DNA from: Octopus vulgaris
Lineage: Eukaryota
Direction of reading: 5' to 3'
Assembly: GCA_951406725.2 (NCBI GenBank)
Contig: OX597837.1
Span: 44,764,001 to 44,828,000, forward strand
DNA: 64,000 nucleotides
Position 1 is the first letter of the stretch; each line of letters opens with the position of its first letter. The notes beneath the pieces are model-generated. The model was not told where the DNA came from. It did not search any database and saw only the letters and a list, made by a program, of their open reading frames with translations. Shown piece after piece: positions 40,624-54,920 of this stretch. Made by a program: the position numbers and the translations under genes.

Positions 40624-40998
40624 CTAGCAGTATCGCCCGGCGTTGCTCGGGTTTGTAAGGGAAATAACTATATAAGCATTTTTAGAGATCTAAAGTATAA
40701 TAGCCATCTCAATATGGCTAACCACAAAGAGGGGGGGTGTTACTGTAGCTTCTTACGTTCTGAGATTTAATAATACACTTTTAGAGAGTTACTTCCCTTA
40801 TATATATATGCCAAAAATGCATTAAAAAATGGGAAAAATTGATGGTAAATTTTTTTTTAAATCGTAGACTCATCGTAGACGCACGCTAATACCCAGAAGG
40901 GCTCCCGGTTTTGGTTAAACTGCACCGCAAAATGTGGGAGTAGTTAGGAATCTAAATCGTAGGAGACAGACACACAACTTGACTTTTATATATAAAGA
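40624..40998 (-). mobile_element. Non-autonomous Helitron
   Basis: Minus strand begins A|TCTTTATATATAAAAG, ends with hairpin CCCGAGCAACGCCGGG shortly before terminal CTAG|T; no TSD. Similar 5'-end relics at about 50330-50405 and 55380-55470. Confidence 0.8.
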
Positions 40999-42579
40999 TA
41001 ATACGTTCTAGCAGATTCGAATGAGAATATCCAATAAAAGTTGTTTTTTGCCATCAGAAAAAAAGAAAAATCTTTTCGCTTTAGACGATATGTGTTCGTA
41101 GCAGACGCAATTCACTGGTGTGAGAGAACATCGAGACACTGCGGTGTTTTAATCAAAGTTACATCATCGGAGCGATGCCTCTACGATAAGAACGAGATCT
41201 TTTTTTATAAAAATCAGCAAAATAGATTAAAAAAATATTTCCTGGTGGGCGTTGTCGCCTGCCAAACGGATATTAATTTATGGAATGCAAGCAGAACAGT
41301 GAGAATCCAAATAGCGTATATATTCGTTCTTAATACGTTTTAGAAGATTGGAACATGGATAACTGATTTTGTTGTTCGTTCGTTATCAGAGAAACCTCCT
41401 CTCTTTAGACGACACGTGTTCGTATCCCACATAATTCACCGCTGTAAGAGGTACTTAAAATATTCAACCTCTTCAGTCAAAGCTAACATGCCGGGCAGAT
41501 GAATCTAACAAGAATTACTAATTACAAATCGACTAATTAAAAATTCGGTAAGGATGAATGTAACTTTTATTTTCAAATTTATTTTCATTACAAATCCAAC
41601 ATTTCATTCCTAATTCACGCGGCTTATTAGCAGAACTCTTACAGCGTGTGAACAAAATGCCTCGCAGTATTCAAACCGGCTCTTTGCGGTCTGAAATGAA
41701 TCCTGCTGCAAACAACTGCACCTGCAATCCTAGTTGGATCGCTAAAATACTGTCCGCAGGCTGGAATAAATGGAAGAACATTGCACAAAATGGCTTCTTT
41801 CCACAGTTTGTTTCAGCACTTGAGGTTCGCTTCAGAGGACTCTGGTACGAAACTATCGGCTGTTGCCTTTCTTTTTGACAGCTTTTAGTCTTTTAAGTCA
41901 CAATCGACCCCAGGACTTATTCTTTGGAAGCCTAGTACTCATTCTATCGGTCTCTTTTGCCGAACCGCTAAGTTACGTAAACACACCAGCATCAGTTGTC
42001 AAGCGATGTTGGGGGGATGAGGACAAACACAGACACACAAACACACACACACAAACACACACACATATATATATACATATACATATATACGACGAGCTTC
42101 TTTCAGTTTCCGTCTACCAAATCCACTCACAAGGCTTTGGTCGGCCCGAGGCTATAGTAGAAGACACTTGTCCAACGTGCCACGCAGTGGGACTGAACCC
42201 GGAACCATGTGGCTGGTAAGCAAACAACTTACCACACAGCCACTCCTGCGCCCCCCAAAATTTTCCAGCGTTTAGGGAAATTCTTGGTATCACTCTCCCC
42301 TGTTCTGGCCCTTTTCTCTCATTCTCTCCATTCCCTATTCTCCGGCATGGAATTTTCTACCTCCCTACTCAAAGTTTATGTCTTGTTAACTGCATCGTGG
42401 CTTCACTGGTGTTGGTGAGAAGGAAAAAAAAAGGAACGGCACCCATTACACGCTGTTAAGTGGTTGGCATCGAGAAGGGCGTGCTGTTAAAAACAGACAC
42501 TGGTGCACGACGCAGACCTTTAGGACCCTCGGATCTTGTGAAACCGTTCAACCCATGCCATTATGGAACACAGATATTA

Positions 42580-42748
42580 AATGATGATGATGATGATGAT
42601 GATGCGACGACGGCGACGACAATGAAGAAGAAGAAGAAGATGAAAAGAAGAAGAAGAAGGAGAAGAAGAAGAAGAAGAAGAAGAAAAAAAGAAGGAGGAG
42701 GAGAAGAAGAAGAAGAAGAAGAAGAAGAAGAAGAAGAAGACGAAGAAG

Positions 42749-42780
<32 letters not shown>

Positions 42781-43135
42781 GAAGAAGAAGAAGAAGAAGA
42801 AGTCGACGAAGAAGACGAAGAAGAAGATGAAGAAAAAGAAGAAGAAGATGAAGAAGAAGATGAAGAAGAAGAAGAAGAAAAAAAAGAAGGAGGAGAAGTC
42901 GACGAAGAAGACGAAGAAGAAGATGAAGAAAAAGAAGAAGAAGAAGAAGAAGAGAAAGACGAAGAAGGAGAAGAAGAAGAAGAAGAAGAAGAAGACGAAG
43001 AAGAAGACGAAGAAGAAGAAGAAGAAAAAGAAGAGGATGACGAAGAAAGAGGAGGAGGAGGAGGAGAAGAAGAAGAAGAAGAAGAAGAAGAAGAAGAAGA
43101 AGAAGAAGAAGAAGAAGAAGAAGAAGAAGAAGAAA
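42580..43135. repeat. (GAA)n-rich array about 20 nt into the intron after the EC3 exon donor
   Basis: Direct reading; source of the poly-E/K/F/L ORFs. Confidence 0.95.
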
Positions 43136-43155
43136 TACATGTTTTTCCAACCTAC

Positions 43156-43268
43156 CTTGATAATAATAACACCAGGAAGCGATATATTCCTCGTTAGCTC
43201 TTTCTCCAGACGCATTTGGCCTGTTTCACTATCGATGGCGAAATAATTGACTAGAATCAACGGCGTTG
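43156..43268 (-). CDS. Cadherin-related gene exon (EC3, middle)
   Basis: Acceptor tctgtcttccag|CA and donor AAG|gtaggt; 113 bp, phase 1 to 0. ATPLILVNYFAIDSETGQMRLEKELTRNISLPGVIIIK has the FxIDxxTG motif. Confidence 0.92.
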
Positions 43269-44750
43269 CTGGAAGACAGAAAAATTACTGATTGTCTGCT
43301 TATTAAAACTGTATCAGGTGGTGCAAAACCTTCTTGTACTTAACCATTTGCTACTTGCCTACAGATATCTCATTCTTCACTGCATAAAAATTGCTCTCTG
43401 TATGACGTGTGTGATATAACAAGACTTTCTTTAGATACGCTGTATATGTAAAGGAGAATCTTAGGAGCGTCGCACAAAATGTGGATATTGCGGTATTTCT
43501 TAACTTTCTGAAGCGAAATCTTGTCGAGCACAAATTTGATCACCCACGATGATAATATCAAATACGGGAATCAGTTTAATCAGCTGACTCCACGTCCAAA
43601 CTTTGGATCTCGTATTTATATTAAAAATTATTAATTACACACAGGCATCATAAATATATATAAATATATATATATAAATATGTAAATATAATATAGGATA
43701 AAATTTTCGTAAAAATTTTATAAATGGCCAGCATATTAAAAAAATACCTTTAAAGGTTAGATTTATAAACAAGGGCAAAAGAAAAAATTCTAATGCAAAT
43801 ATACCGAAAATAGACTTAAATCGTCAATAACCATATAATTCATCACTATAAGCTCGCGTCTCGAAGCAAGCCGACAGAAAGTTCTAAAAAATTTCGTTAT
43901 TATCGAATTAGCCCCGATTTCTGAGTTAATTCATATAGAATTTTCTCGTCGTCAGCGATAAATACGCTAAGAAATAAAAGAAATCCAGTGCTCAACTGGT
44001 ACTTATATTATCGATCCCGTAAACTTGACGGAATTTGCACTCAGAATGTAAGGACGGACGAAATACTGCTAAGCACCTTGTCCGGCTTGCTTGTCTACTA
44101 GGCAACATATTAACATGTAAACATTCAACTAACTTCGATAGCTATCGAAATCACATCGCCTTTAACTTGGATCTTCATTGTCCAACGAGAAAAAAATTGG
44201 TTTCTTATAGAAAATGAATTTAATTATTAGCTTCTGTTTACGCTGTAAATAACGCTTGAATAATTTCTTTTCTTATTATCACTTCTCGTTCTTTGTCTGG
44301 AGTGGAAGCGACATCCCGCCGTTGTGCCGTGTGATTTCCCTTTTCGCATCGTAATACGATTATCGTTTAGACTACCCAAAATAATATCTCATCATCTAAG
44401 GATATTTCCACGTAATTAGACATACAGAATTGTAATTATAGCGAAAGAAGAAGAAGAACAGCAATAACAATAACAAAAAAAAAACATTAATAAGGAAAAC
44501 AAGAAGAAACAACAAGGAAAGAAATGTAATGAAAAAAGAAAAAAAACTGTGATAACATCGAATATGTGAGAATGGTTATCGTTTCTGTATTGTATTCCAC
44601 AAAAAATATACTCATCGCGTAGATTTATCTTCTAGGGAAATTATTGATCGTGTCAATCTGTGAACTTATGTCTGCCTTGCTGACACACAACACACACAGA
44701 CACACACACACACACACACATATACACGCATATATATATATATACATATG

Positions 44751-44839
<89 letters not shown>

Positions 44840-44966
44840 TACATAAATATATATTTATGTATGTTTATGTATGTATATATGTATAAATATATATATATGT
44901 GTATATATATTTATGTCGATATATATATATATATATACATGTATGTATGTACATATGTATTTGTAT

Positions 44967-45006
<40 letters not shown>

Positions 45007-45176
45007 GCATACATAAATATATATTTGTGTATGTTTATGTATGTATATATGTATAAATGCATATATATATGTATATATATCTATGTCGATATATATATAC
45101 ATGTATGTATATACATATGTATTTGAATATATACACACATATATATATGTATGTATATAAACATACATACACACAA

Positions 45177-45248
<72 letters not shown>

Positions 45249-45753
45249 CCATGTAACGTCTGCTCTCCATGCTGGCACGTGGTAGATTATTTCACAGGAT
45301 TTGGCCAGCTGGAGAGCTGCTTAGGTTCCATTTCTCTGTTTTGGCATGGTTCCCTTGGTTGGATACTCTTCCTAACACCAACCACATAATGTGCTGGCTG
45401 CTGTTTATGTAGCACCAACCCGAGTGCTACCAAATCCACCCGTGTATGGTTATGCTTTACGCTCTATGGCCTCTATTGCTACGCCACACTTCTAAAGCAT
45501 TTTATCTTCCTTAAAATGTTTTTTTTTTATTGTTTTTAACACTTCTGTAATAGCTTGTCACAAATCCAGACCCGCAGGGGTCTGTTCTGGCGGTCACTCT
45601 CACCATTATATCACTGATACACACGGGTGCCATACAGGACAGAGCAGCTCCTGTCACTGGTAGCTTAAAAGATTATGTTACAAGATTATGTTACAAGACA
45701 GAAATGAAGCTGAAGGTGAAATAAGAGTTAGGATCCGAAAATAAAATACAAAC

Positions 45754-45838
45754 CAGTTTCAAGAGAATATTTAACATTATAATGTTCTTTCTCAACATCG
45801 ACTGCTCTGACAGCTTCTGGACTAACAGTGATTTCACC
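45754..45838 (-). CDS. Cadherin-related gene exon (EC3, N-terminal half)
   Basis: Acceptor ccatttgcag|GGT and donor G|gtttgt; 85 bp, phase 0 to 1. GEITVSPEAVRAVDVEKEHYNVKYSLET has AxDx(D/E) and V.YS motifs. Confidence 0.9.
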
Positions 45839-45934
45839 CTGCAAATGGAGGGAGAAGCAAAACGTAAAAAAGAATAATTGAAATAAGTTTACACTCATCC
45901 ACACATACCCACTCACCCACACCCACGCAACCAC

Positions 45935-45971
<37 letters not shown>

Positions 45972-45994
45972 CGTATTTCTCTCTCTCTCTCTCA

Positions 45995-46028
<34 letters not shown>

Positions 46029-47205
46029 GTCTATTTGTCTTTATGCTTTGGTAAAATAATTCGAAGATCATTCTATGTATATATATACATACATACACAC
46101 ATATCTTTCTATCTATGTGTGTGTGTGTATGTGTGTCTGTGTGTCTGTGTCTGTGTGTCTGAGTCTGTGTGTGTGTGTATTTGAAGCAAAATTTAAAGCA
46201 AGGTTTGTCTAACAAATTCCACTAAGTATTGGTCAATTCGTGTCCAAATTAGCCTGCAGTGAGATAAACCGCAAGCAGTGGAACGAACAAGCTGCGCAAA
46301 ACCTCTTTTGTCATTTGACTACAGCCATGCAGGAGCATCGCCTTTAGTCCAACAAACGACCCCAGGACTTATTCCTTGTAAGCCAAATACTTATTCTATA
46401 GGTCTCTTTTGCCGAACCGTTAAGTTACGGTAACGTAAAACACACGAGTATCAGTTGCCAAATGATGGTGAGGGGACAAGTACAGATGTAAAATCACACA
46501 CACACACAAACACACACACATACACACACGCACACGCACACACAATTTCCGTCTACCAAATCCACTCACAAGGCGTTGGCCCGAGGCTACAGTAGAGGAC
46601 ACTTGCTCAAGGTGCCACCCAATGGGACTGAACACGGAACCATGTGGTTGGGAAGCAAGCTTCTTATCCCTCAGCCACTCCTGCGCCTGAATGATGAGAG
46701 ACAAAGGCAACCTCGGCGGAATTTACACTCAGAACGTATAGACGGACGAAATGCTGCTAAGCATTCTGTCCGCTGTGCTAACGATTCTGCCACGTCGCCT
46801 CATTATATAGTGTGTAAATATTAAGGGGTAAAACAACCTTGGTTGGAAAACGTCTCACAATGCCCGCAAAATTCGAACCCATATCCTTAAATAAGACACA
46901 CGTTCTATCACTATAGTAAAAGAATTCGATTTTTCGTTCATTTTTGGAAGCTTGGCTGTTACAAAAGTGAACTGAAAGTCGTTTATGCCATAAGAATTTA
47001 GAATTTAGAAATATGCCATTCATGCTGGTAAGAACAAAGCCTCTGAAATGGAGTTATAAGTTCGGAGGATTGTTTTGGTATAACATCTGTCACGTTTTCA
47101 GAAAATATTGGTTCCAGAACGACGGGAGGTCTTCGACTCTTTCCTTCCAAGATCTTCGCCTAAAGTTTGACTCGCTATTATTTATAGACTTATCTTTTTC
47201 CACCG

Positions 47206-47239
<34 letters not shown>

Positions 47240-47330
47240 TACATACATTACCCACCGTTAATACGCACACGCACGTGCGCATATATGTGCATGTATATCT
47301 ATATATGCATGTGTGTTATGTACACACATG

Positions 47331-47394
<64 letters not shown>

Positions 47395-48438
47395 TATCTA
47401 TATATATTTATGTATGTGCCCGAGAGCAGAAGAAACTGAAGATTTAATATATATTTCGACAATAGCAGATGTGAAGCTAAACTTTCTATTTCATTCCGCT
47501 TTCGGGCATAAATTCTGTAAATCATTTAAATGCATAGAATACCAAAAGAAATCTAGAGGACAAATGAAGAATAAAATTTTGTTGGAACTTGGATATACAT
47601 GAGGTTATGAGGAGTTCGTATCATTGATTACTCATCTGTATTGCGATCTCATTCACAATTAAACTAGCACACTAGTGGTTACGGCAGCGTAGTTCTCGGG
47701 AGAAATTCAGCGTGACACAGAATGTGATAAGGCTGGTCCTTTGGAATCACAGCTACTAACTTACATTTGTCAGCTGAATGCACTGAAGTAACGAGAAATA
47801 AAGTATCTTGCTCAACGACACAACGCACAGTTCTATACCAAACTCCCGGACTTATGAATGTGAGTCGGATGTGCCTTCACAGTTTTTCAATACATACGTT
47901 ATGGCTGCCCCTTCGTTATCGAGTTTGGCCATTGCACGAAGCTTAACTGTTACTGGTGCTGTGATCGAATGTGACTTTTTAGCCCAGCTAAAGATCTACA
48001 ATGTCTTGTACAAAATTGGCAACTAAAACCTTTACCGGTAAAAAGCCGGCTGTAGTTGTAACTGGGCTTCATGTACCTTTGCATGTCGTTTAAGTCCTCC
48101 TGCCGAATTACACTCTCTTCCACATACCCGACAGATATGATTAGTATGGTGTGTTACACCACCACCAGTGGCGAGGTTGTCACTCATCTGTCTCGTTTTC
48201 ACAGTTTTTCAATACATACATACATGCATGCATACATACATACATACATACATACATACATACATACACACGTACGCACATGCATACATTACATACATAT
48301 ATGCGTTGCATACATACATGCGTACATACATGCATGCGTACACAGATACATGTCACATGTTATATTAACTTAACCCTCCACACACACGCACACACACACA
48401 TATATAAACGCAGGCGGAAGTAGGCATTCGTCGCTTAC

Positions 48439-48591
48439 CGTATAGTTGTACTGGATTTTATAGATATAAATTGGGAGCGTTTTGGAGAACTCCAGACTCA
48501 AACTGTTATTCTTTTGGTCGAAAACAGGTCCCAGGTCATCGACGTCTTCAACATCAATGATAAGTTTTGCTGTATGGCTGAAACTGCCGTC
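48439..48591 (-). CDS. Cadherin-related gene exon (EC2-EC3 linker)
   Basis: Acceptor ctctttttag|GAC and donor ACG|gtaagc; 153 bp. DGSFSHTAKLIIDVEDVDDLGPVFDQKNNSLSLEFSKTLPIYIYKIQYNYT has the DxDDxxPxF linker. Confidence 0.93.
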
Positions 48592-48676
48592 CTAAAAAGA
48601 GATCGTTTACCTATTATATATAAATTATAATTAAGGGTGTCTAAGAGATACCACCGTGCTAGAGATGTCCGTATGT

Positions 48677-48712
<36 letters not shown>

Positions 48713-48761
48713 CGATTTTTTTTCCTCTGTCTTCCCTTCTCTGGATCTTTCCTTCTCCTAT

Positions 48762-48796
48762 GTTTCCGACGAAGAGCTCCGCTCGAAACGTTAAAC
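48762..48796 (+). ncRNA. Minimal hammerhead-like motif in a short Penelope-like repeat (U4C core variant)
   Basis: GTTT-CCGACGA-A-GAGC-TCC-GCTC-GAAA-CG-TT-AAAC. Related copies at 14920-14954 (-), 8601-8636 (+), 60580-60615 (-), and a decayed one at about 59313-59345 (-). Confidence 0.6.
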
Positions 48797-48897
48797 TCTC
48801 CTTCTTCCCTTCTTTCCTGAGCGTCCAATAATACTTTATTTGTTCCATGTTCTCGCGTTGTTGTGCTCTTTTGTTTTTTGTGTTTTCTTGTTTGGAT

Positions 48898-48935
<38 letters not shown>

Positions 48936-49486
48936 TGTACTACCTGTGTATATATCATTGATGAACCAGAATATATTTTTGTACAGAGCCAGAAATCCAG
49001 ATCTCAGAATATCCAAAAATGTTTTGCTCGATTATTTATCTATTTGTCTTTTCACCTTGGCTGTATGAATATATGAAGTGGTTTTAGAGTCAAGTTTTGA
49101 CTGCTGTCTCTAGCATGATGGTATCTCTTAGATACCCTTAATTATAGTTTTAATAATAATTAATACCTATAAGATTTTTGTTGCCATGCTGGCCACTTGA
49201 AATGATCGGTATTTTAAGTAACAATCTTATCCTTGTTTATATAAAACTTCATATATATATACCTTTTGTTACTCACTTGTTTTGTTTCAGTCATTAGTCT
49301 GCAGTCATGCTGGGGAACTGCATTGAAGAATATCTTGTCGAATTAATCGACCCTAGTACTCATATTTTATTTTCTTAAGCCTAGTTATTATTTTATCGGC
49401 ATATGTTACGGGGACGTAAAACACACAAACACCTGTTGTCAAAAGGTGGTGGGGAAAATACACGAAGAAAACGCACATATTGAAAT

Positions 49487-49554
<68 letters not shown>

Positions 49555-49767
49555 ATATATATGTACATTCACAATAGGCTCCTTTCAGTTTACGTCTACC
49601 AAAAGAAGTCGACCTTTCGGACATTATGTATTCTTCCTCAAGATAGATAACTCGACACAGAATCTACCTATTGTGAAGAGCGTGGATTAAACATTATTTG
49701 AGCAATGAAATAAAGAGTAAACGTTAACAACAAGAATTTATTATTCAGTATGGCGACTAAAGCTTAC

Positions 49768-49890
49768 CTCAACTTTTATATCGTAAAAATATTGGTTTTC
49801 TAGCTCGAAGTCGAGATGGCCAGCAACATAGACTGTACCGTTCACGGTATCATTCATCATGAACTTATCTTTCAGACCGCCTGAAGAGTT
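49768..49890 (-). CDS. Cadherin-related gene exon (EC2, middle)
   Basis: Acceptor atatgcag|AAC and donor GAG|gtaagc; 123 bp. NSSGGLKDKFMMNDTVNGTVYVAGHLDFELENQYFYDIKVE has F..G.V..LDFE..Y motifs. Confidence 0.93.
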
Positions 49891-50795
49891 CTGCATATAT
49901 AAAAAAAGCAAGTTATTTATGAGTAAAGTAATAACATAGGCCCTCACCTAATCTGTTTCCTAATCATTGTATTTAATTAAAAACCTACTGTGCTTATTTT
50001 TGATGTTGATAGCCATGTATTTTTGTATTTGCAGTTTCGAGTGATTTAGTTTCAGTGAAGAGAACAACTTATTGAGTAAATATATCTTGAAAAGCTAAAG
50101 AGTAAATTTATTCAATAAAATCGTCATTGACTTCAATCACAGCCTCCGGAGGACTTCGAAATGCCAGCGAAATGGTATGTGCCGGCTGTCTGAGCAAGTG
50201 GTTGCTTTTAATGGCGAAAGAAACAGGGCAAAACAATTACAAAAATAGCGATTCTTCCCTTGAAACTGACAATTTTGAAAATCTATTTAGATTACGGAAC
50301 GGCTCGCTCTCTCGTGTATTCATGTTTAAAATTTCAATGCGAACGAATGAACAATACTCGAGTTATAAAAGCACAGACAGACAGAACGGATTTTATATAT
50401 TAGATAATTACTATGAAGCATTGTGTAGAATATATTGTATAAAGGATCGTGGATAAGGCCGGAACAATGCGAGGTAAATGCAAGGCAAATCATAAGAAAC
50501 AAATATATGAATTAATGTAAACTTTCCTTGCATTCAACATTTCGGGGTTATGACCCCATTTTCAAAAATTAACGATATTTACAAATTATATAGTATTAGA
50601 AATGGTGTACAGATATTGAATATTGAGAAAAGAAGAGGTCGTCAGAATTTTGGAAAGGGAATTTCTTTTCCTTTAGTTATTATTAATAGCGCTTTCGTTC
50701 ATCATCGAACTTGTCAAATACAGCAGCTATACAATGGTGAAAATAATGATAAAAGCATTCCAGACTTAAAAGACATCCCTCATCCTCCATCTCAA

Positions 50796-50840
<45 letters not shown>

Positions 50841-50841
<1 letters not shown>

Positions 50842-51317
50842 GGCAAGTTTTGTCTAGCGAATGTTTTAAAAAAAGATGGGTGAATGTAGCAAGAATGGCA
50901 CGTATGAATGACGAAGCCATCTTGAGCATAGTCCTATGAACCCAGAAATCGAAAACAGAGAGTTGCTTATTTGCAAAAAAAAAAAAAAGAAATATAAAAT
51001 GTGACATCATTGACCGAGGTTACCGTGGTCTTTTCCGTAGGCTTTTCTTTGCACGGGTAAACCTCACCTGTCCTCCCCTTTACACTTCATATTGACATTT
51101 CTGTGATAACGATCCCTATTGATCAATTTTTTCCTCCCCCCTTTTTTTAAACCCCCTTTTTTTTGTCCTCTTTCTCTCCTTTTACGATCCCTTTTGATCG
51201 AAACTCCCCCTTCCTTTTTTTTTTTTTTTTTTTTTTTTCTTAAACCTTCAAAAGAAAAGCTCTACCTTGTAATTTGTTCTATCTGTGTGCAGCCCTGTGT
51301 GGCTAATAAAGAAACAT
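50841..51317 (+). mobile_element. 5'-truncated L1/Tx1-like retroelement inside (TATC)n, copy 2
   Basis: Starts with ORF tail RQVLSSECFKKRWVNVARMARMNDEAILSIVL* (R..L....F..RW, similar to L1/Tx1 ORF2 ends), then the shared 3' UTR; (TATC)n on both sides. Confidence 0.7.
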
Positions 51318-51365
51318 ATCTATCTATCTATCTATCTCTATCTATCTCTATCTATCTATCCATCC

Positions 51366-51406
<41 letters not shown>

Positions 51407-51721
51407 CATTGTCCTGGAACCTCAACCACAAAAGGAAAAAAAAGAGAAACAAAAATAAACAAACAAACAAAAAACTGATTTATATAAATGAACAACCTGT
51501 TTCCGCATTCACTAATTTGACAAGTTCGAAGACGAACGAAAGCCCTAGTAATAATGACTAAATATAAAAATTATTTTTCCAAAATTCTGACGACCTCCTC
51601 TTTTCTCAATTAATATATGTGTATATATATGTATATATATGTATATATATATATATATGTATATATATATGTATGTATATATATGTATATATATATATAT
51701 ACATACATATACTATATATAC

Positions 51722-51777
<56 letters not shown>

Positions 51778-51875
51778 GTATATATATGTGTATATATACA
51801 GATATATGTAGGTATGTACATATATGTATGTATATATGCATATATTTATATATTTTACTCACACACACACGACAT

Positions 51876-51909
<34 letters not shown>

Positions 51910-52635
51910 TAAGGTATGTAGAAAAATACAACATGGACAAGAACGTATAACTCTTAGAAGACGATACAATAAACACGGACAGGACATTCGAAACACTCAG
52001 TCTTCAGTCAAGAACCGGATCATCGTAGTAATTTCGGCATATATATATATATATATAAATGACCATGGGATTGCACCTAGAAAATCCCCCGCCGAGGCAA
52101 GATTTATTATAGAAGACCAGCAGTCGCCCATACCTGCTAACCTGCCTCCCCTCATTATGCCACCGATGTTTTCCAAGGTAAAGGAAAATGCCAATACAGC
52201 CTGGCACCATTTTAGAATGAATGATGTTGTTATTAATACTATATAGCTATGAAAGAACTTTGGAAGCTTGCACGATCCGACGCCCAATTCTACTTCAAAA
52301 TTATAAGCATAGTAAACACCGACACTACGGCTCTATATTTTACCACTCCGCACAAATCTTCTATATTTAACGAAGGACGCGTTAATATTTCTTCTTGGGA
52401 ACCAATTTTCATACATTTGTCAGAATTACACAAGTTTAGCTGTATTTCTGCGCAAAATTCCAATCTCAATTTTTAATGAAAAGGAGATGGGTTTATTAAT
52501 TGTTTCGTAGAATACAGTAATCATTATTTTAATTCATGTCTTCGGAAATTCAATGCATTGAATACGAGGTTTACAATAATTGTATGTGGCTCTAATATTC
52601 GTGTGTCAATTAACTTTTCTGTATATATCTATATC

Positions 52636-52762
<127 letters not shown>

Positions 52763-53046
52763 CAAAATAAAAAAATGGAGAAATACATCTTAATCAATAA
52801 TCAACTACCAGATAATACCCAATCACATAATTTATTAAACCACTACATATGAACATTAAGGTCAAACATAATATAGAACAAAACAATGTACATCAATGAG
52901 TAATATGATATATATATATATATATACGTCATGTGCGTGGTTATAGAACTAATGCATTTTGTCTTCACTTAGATTCTCCTTTTATTAAGCAGATATCTAT
53001 CTATCTATCTCTCTATCTATCTACTTATCTCTCTCTCTCTCTCTCT

Positions 53047-53097
<51 letters not shown>

Positions 53098-53137
53098 GTA
53101 CGTATGTGTGTATGTATGTATGTATGCATGTATGTAT

Positions 53138-53229
<92 letters not shown>

Positions 53230-53799
53230 GCTTGTGTATATGTCTTTGTGTCACCTTACTGACGCCAACATTTTATCATTTTAAATTTAATCTGTTTCCT
53301 TTGAAAATACTACCTTTAATATAAAATATATTGACTTTAAATGTAAATTTTTATTGAAATAATTAATTAATTGCCCTTAATTTCATTTTCAGAAAAATAT
53401 ATTTATATCTGGTGATTTTAATTGTTTAAAATATTGAATTTTAGATTGTCACACTGACGGTTTAATAAGTTGTTTTTTTAATACAATTTCACTTAAAATT
53501 ATTTGTTAAAACATTTTATTTTATCTTCTACAAGATAACTTTATACATTGTAGGTTATTCACATTTAGTCACATAACCTCTAAATAATTGAATGTCCCTA
53601 GTCAATTGTCTGTATTATTATTATTATTATAGTTTTTTTTCTTTTTGTTGATTTAAAGATTTGCTATGTCTAGCAATCCGGGTAACCATATAAAGCTCTT
53701 ACATTTGTGAATGTGTTTGTAAGTGTTTATTAGTAATATCTGTGATGGACAGTGAATGACAAAAGGAATTCTTTTTATAATTATTATTATTTTCTAGTA

Positions 53800-54364
53800 T
53801 TGGGTTGTCCGGAAAGTTCGTGCTGATTTATAGTAGCTTACCTTTCGACTTATTTATGGTTGAGTCCATAAAATAGGATTTGACTACACCTCCATTTAGA
53901 GCACAGTTTAAGCTATCTTTTCGTGGAAGAAAGTTTATGTTCCTATAACCTGTGTTAATTCTGTAACCCTTTCAAATGGAAGATAAGATAAGAAAGTTCA
54001 TTTTCGGCACTTGATACTTTGGGAGCCAAACAAAAATTACTGCAGCTCGGCTGAGATGTGTTACCCCACCCTCCATATTAACCAGATATTGCTCCTTCGG
54101 ATTTCCACTTATTCAGCTCTCAGCAGAATAGTCTTAATGGTAAAAATTTCAATTCCTTGGATGACGTAAAAAGATACCTTGATGAATTCTTTGCCATGAA
54201 ACCACCTCAATTCTGGGAAGAGGGTATTTTCAAGTTAAAGGAAAGATGGATATGCATTGTGCAACAAAATGGCTCGTATTTGGTTGATTAAAAATGTAAT
54301 GGCAAGTATTTATTGACCTTTTTCTTTCCTTTAAAAATCGGCACGAACTTTCCGGCCAACCCAA
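53800..54364 (+). mobile_element. Internally deleted mariner element with intact TIRs
   Basis: TIRs TTGGGTTGTCCGGAAAGTTCGTGCTGATTT and AAATCGGCACGAACTTTCCGGCCAACCCAA; TA TSD. C-terminal transposase HPPY*PDIAPSDFHLF...FWEEGIFKLKERW..IVQQNGSY. Confidence 0.92.
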
Positions 54365-54377
54365 TATTAACCTGTGT

Positions 54378-54920
54378 TTTCAGTGAAATGTCGTAGCTAA
54401 AATGTCCTATTTCAGTGAAATATTCTAGCTAAAATGTCCTATTTCAGTGAAATGTCGTAGCTAAAATTTCCTATTTCAGTGAAATATTCTAGCTAAAATG
54501 TCCTATTTCAGTGAAATGTCGTAGCTAAAATTTCCTATTTCAGTGAAATATTCTAGCTAAAATGTCCTATTTCAGTGAAATGTCGTAGCTAAAATTTCCT
54601 ATTTCAGTGAAATATTCTAGCTAAAATGTCCTATTTCAGTGAAATGTCGTAGCTAAAATTTCCTATTTCAGTGAAATATTCTAGCTAAAATGTCCTATTT
54701 CAGTGAAATGTCGTAGCTAAAATTTCCTATTTCAGTGAAATATTCTAGCTAAAATGTCCTATTTCAGTGAAATGTCGTAGCTAAAATTTCCTATTTCAGT
54801 GAAATATTCTAGCTAAAATGTCCTATTTCAGTGAAATGTCGTAGCTAAAATTTCCTATTTCAGTGAAATATTCTAGCTAAAATGTCCTATTTCAGTGAAA
54901 TATCGTAGCTAAAATTTCCT
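54378..54920. repeat. 32-bp minisatellite with 64-bp higher-order dimer, about 17 monomers
   Basis: Alternating TTTCAGTGAAATGTCGTAGCTAAAATTTCCTA and TTTCAGTGAAATATTCTAGCTAAAATGTCCTA; CAGTG recurs every 32 nt. Confidence 0.97.

Noticed and set aside
54378-54920. 32-bp periodic array as CRISPR
   Set aside because: Two alternating near-identical monomers, no variable spacers.
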